This document shows, piece by piece, positions 61,780-64,000 of a DNA stretch of 64,000 bases (the first letter of the stretch is position 1; each line of letters opens with the position of its first letter). The stretch comes from Torpedo marmorata (taxonomy: Eukaryota): the NCBI GenBank assembly GCA_977017645.1, contig OZ360236.1:21204001-21268000 (forward strand). The letters run 5' to 3'. The position numbers and the translations under genes were made by a program. Under the pieces are notes generated by a model. It was not told where the DNA came from. It made no database searches and saw nothing but the letters and a program-made list of their open reading frames with translations.

Positions 61780-63750
61780 TCATGTCCAGATACTTTTTAA
61801 CTTTTTACCCACTCTGGCAGCATACAGTATTCCGAATTCCAACCACCCTCTGGGTGAAAAGAAATCTTCCTCAGAATCTTTCTGAATCTTCTACCTCTTG
61901 CCTTTAAACCAAAGCACTGTGGCTTCAAAATATTCTGGCATGGGGAACAGTTTATCATTATCTCTCCTATCTATGCCTCTCAATGCATATTTGTATCAGA
62001 TTCCCACTTAGCCTTCTCTGCTCCAGGGAAAACAAACCGAGCCTATCATTCTCTTCTTGTAACTGAAGTGCTCTGCCCCTGGCAATATCCTGGTGAATCT
62101 TCTCTGCACTCTCTCCAGTGTAACCACATCTTTCCGGTAACACAATGACTAGAACTCTACGCAGTAATTTGGCTTTGGCCCTGATCAATTGATCTATATT
62201 TTTACATAACCTCCTTGCTCTTATAATCTTTGCCCTGGTGAATGAAGGTATATCCCTTTGGCCTTCTTAAGCACCTTATCTACCTGTACTGCCAACCTTG
62301 GAGATCCTTGACTTGTAAATCAAGGTCCTTCCCTTTCCTAATACTCCCAGGGCCTTATTATTCATTGTATATGTTCTAGTCTTATTTATTCTTCCAAAAT
62401 ATATCATCTTTCACTTACCATGATCAAGTTCCATCTGCCATTGTTCTGCCACTCTTACCAACTGGTTGATATTCTCCTGAAGCTTAATTCTATCCTCCAT
62501 GCTATCAAAACACCACCAATTTTCATGTCTTATACCTCCCTCATTTGCATCCAATTTATTGATGCATGTACGAAACAGTAAAGATCCCAGCACAGATCTG
62601 CATGGGACACCATTGGTCAAAGGCTTCCACTAACACAACTTCTTCCTACCATCACCTTGTCGTCCCTTAACTAACTCAACTTTGGATCCAAATGTTAACT
62701 GGCCCTGGACCCCTAGGGCTCTAATATTTTGGACCTTGTTGTTGATGTCCAACAACTGTTCTTATCAATGTACTTTGTTATCTCTTCAAAAGAAAATTCA
62801 GACAAGGCCAAGTTGACTTTGATTAATTCCTTTCTTCCCAAGTGTCACTTCATCCTGTCCCTTAGGAGATTTCTTCAATAATCAATATTTTCTCAACCAC
62901 TGCCAATAGACTCACATCTGAATTACTAGCTTGTTTCTGCTGCTCTCCTTAAATAAAGGGACATTTGTTGCCCTTCAGTCATCTGGCATTCACCCGTGGC
63001 AACAAAAATTTATAAAGCTATCAAAGCTCTGGCAATCTTCCCCCATTGCTTTCCATAAAGAACTGTGGATTTGTCCACCTTTTAAACCTGCGAAGACTCT
63101 AGTACCTCATTTTCAACAGCAACTTGATCTGGAGTTCCCCTTTCCTGAATTCTAAAGGTACAAAGTTCTTCATTCATGCATACAGATGAAAAGTATTATT
63201 TTAAGACTTCACTGATATTCTCTGGCTACCCACACAAATCGGCCCTTTGGTCTGTAATGGGCCCTACTCTTTCTCTTTTGCTCTTAACATACCTGATTTT
63301 CCTGTCTGCTCTGATATTTTGTGTCCTCCTTTAACTGCACCCCCAACTACAATTTCCAAAATTCAATCATTTTCAGTTTGTTATATGTTTCCTTTTTCTT
63401 TATCCTATCCTTGGTATCCCTTGACATTTAGGGTTTTTGGAGTGTTGTTCTTCACCCTTACTGTTGAACCCTCTCATTTTTGAATGATTTCTTGTTGTCA
63501 GGTGTAGACTTACCTATAGTAGCTTCTCCCTTCCTACTTTTGCTATGTCTTATATTGAAATCGGCTTTTCCCTGATACAGGACCTGAATTTTCAGTCTAT
63601 CCTTATCCTTTGCTGCAATGACCTTGAAAATTTGAGTCATAGTCACGTCTCCAAAATGCTCTCCTCTGACACTTGCTTAACTACATTTTCTAAGATTAGG
63701 ATCAGTATTATGTATTCACTGGTTCAAAGTTCTCTTCAAAGTTCACACTT
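61780..63750 (-). mobile_element. Old decayed CR1 ORF2
   Basis: TNGVPCRSVLGSLLF, AEQWQMEL, LGLFSLEQRRLSGNLI. Confidence 0.7.
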
Positions 63751-63859
63751 AAGTAATCTCAGTTAATATTGGGATTCTTACAACTATTATTCTTACACCT
63801 CTCTTGATATGCTTACATATATCCTTTATCTTGCAATGACTATTAGGAGGTCTATATTA

Positions 63860-64000
63860 CCATATAACCATATAACAATTACAGCACGGAAACAGGCCAT
63901 TAGGCCCTTCCAGTCTGCACCGAACCAAACATTCCTATCTAGTCCCACCTACCTGCACCCTGCCCATAACCCTCCACTTCCTTCTCATTCATATACTTGT
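63860..64000 (-). mobile_element. CR1-type 3' tail
   Basis: accatataacaattacagcacggaaacaggccat..ggccc, similar to the CR1 tails at 15990 and 21870. Confidence 0.7.

Noticed and set aside
42700-64000. miR-1/miR-133 cluster, which lies upstream of GATA5 in mammals
   Set aside because: I did not see the mature sequences on either strand; probably outside the window.

Overview
AT-rich, repeat-dense vertebrate genomic DNA. The repeat spectrum (CR1, Rex1/Babar and L1/Tx1 LINEs, HE1-like tRNA/V-SINEs, Penelope-derived repeats) suggests a cartilaginous fish such as a shark or ray; this is inference. The one clear host gene is a complete GATA5 on the minus strand. Its six coding exons (41178-40650, 36222-36056, 35068-34943, 27776-27689, 23334-23210, 21710-21546) splice at GT-AG sites with matching phases into a 1200-nt, 399-aa ORF. 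A probable non-coding exon 1 and E-box promoter lie near 42.3-42.7 kb inside a CpG-retaining, TE-poor domain. The rest is mostly nested transposons. Highlights: a Penelope-like element with an intact GIY-YIG ORF and a canonical minimal hammerhead ribozyme, joined back-to-back to a 5S-rRNA-derived SINE fragment inside a (TA)n repeat; a family of short hammerhead-like Penelope-derived insertions in GATA5 introns; an L1 inserted into another L1; and two decayed RLE-type (R2/NeSL-like) retrotransposon fragments. Exon and TSD coordinates were read by hand; boundaries of decayed repeats are approximate.
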